Positions 62,868 through 64,000 of a stretch of 64,000 nt of DNA are shown here, one piece after another. Each line of letters begins with the position of its first letter. The first letter of the stretch is position 1. The translations under genes and the position numbers were made by a program. Location: positions 55,552,001-55,616,000 of the forward strand of contig NC_135658.1 of NCBI RefSeq assembly GCF_964188315.1, in the 5' to 3' direction. The DNA comes from Podarcis muralis (taxonomy: Eukaryota). The notes beneath the pieces were generated by a model. The model did no database searches. It was given only the letters and a program-made list of their open reading frames with translations, and had not been told where the DNA came from.

Positions 62868-64000
62868 TAATACGTTTAGGGATTTAAAGAAAATGTACAG
62901 ATTTGCTTCATGAAGTTTGCAAAACATTTTCTTGGTCCTCTCTTTGCGTTAATGTTATGCCCGCTTTTGTGAACTGCTTCCACAAGATGGTTCTGGGTTC
63001 GGGTTTAAGTTATAGCATAGGCATCACAGAGGTCCTTGCTGTGTCCCGGAAGAGCTTGGTGGACAGAAAACTACCCCTGGCTGTAAGCTTAGGATCCTGA
63101 AATAGGGTGGGATCAGATTGGGTTGGAACTGGTGAAGGATCCATTGGATCCAAAGATGACCCATTCCCCTGAGAGGGGCAGACCTCCCCTGCCCCCACAT
63201 TGCTTCCAAAGGGTGTGTGTGTTAAAAATAGGTAGCTGCTCCAAGTTGTTCCCTCACCCCCGCCATTCACCCCACTTACGATTGCTGTGCAAAGGAACTG
63301 TTCTGGGAGGAACACTGGAAAGAACTGGTTTGTGGATTTTCTGGCTATTAAACATTAAGAGAATGAACCTTCTATGCACACACAGAATGGGAGCACGCAT
63401 AATGTTCTCGGTCCTTTTACCATCATTGTGATCCCTGTGCTGGGAGAGGTTGTTGTGGGGGGTCAGGAAGGGTGACATTGATATGCTAAACACACTCCTT
63501 TTCATCTAATTCCAGGGGAGTAGAGGGATGAATTCATACTGAAGGTAGGATGGATTGCAGTAGGGAATGTGCCATCAGGTCTCAATAGCAAATCCATGCG
63601 TAAGGGTTTGGAAGCAGTACCTGTGTTCAGGCCTCCTAAAATAAACCAACCAAATTTTAGAGTTTCCAGAAATAAATTCATTTTTTAAGTACAGTACAGC
63701 TGGTGGATTCCATAAGCATTTTTACTTTCCATCAAATACTTCCAGGCTATAGGAAAAACAATTGGCATTACTCCAATTTGTATCCCTCAAACTTTCAGTG
63801 GAAATAAATAAATATGTACAGTAGTTCAACACATGGATCTGATTATTTTATGCATCCACTCCTTCAGAAATGTCTTGCACCGTGGTTGTAGCAACCAGGA
63901 ATGACAGTTTAAAGCTGCCTCCATAGTAGCTGTTTGTGTGGCTTGCCCCTGAGGGAGCTTCACATTAGGTAGGAGAACATTTCAAAACAGCAACAGCTTT

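Overview
Eukaryotic (vertebrate) genomic DNA, most likely a squamate and probably a lacertid lizard (inferred from Sauria SINEs, BovB and squamate-type L2 tails). The window is the conserved block BRWD1(-) / HMGN1(-) / GET1=WRB(+) / LCA5L(-) / SH3BGR(+), in the same order as human chr21q22 (recalled, not searched). By reading GT-AG boundaries and checking codon phase I reconstructed BRWD1 coding exons 1-12 (exon 12 is cut by the window edge), complete HMGN1 (98 aa), complete GET1 (181 aa), complete LCA5L (712 aa) and SH3BGR exons 1-2. There are three CpG-island promoters. Introns hold many transposons, several nested and with readable TIRs/TSDs: a near full-length internally deleted BovB carrying a Tc1/mariner MITE, a young 5'-truncated RTE-X-like LINE with an uninterrupted 672-codon ORF inside an old hAT element, Sauria SINEs, hAT and Tigger-like MITEs, L2 fragments and a possible very old DIRS remnant. 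I see no CRISPR array, rRNA or tRNA gene, and no convincing new multi-gene system. The best leads are the young LINE, candidate poison exons and a microexon in HMGN1/BRWD1, and the divergent LCA5L/SH3BGR promoter (X-box on one side, CArG boxes on the other). All family assignments are by eye, with no database search.
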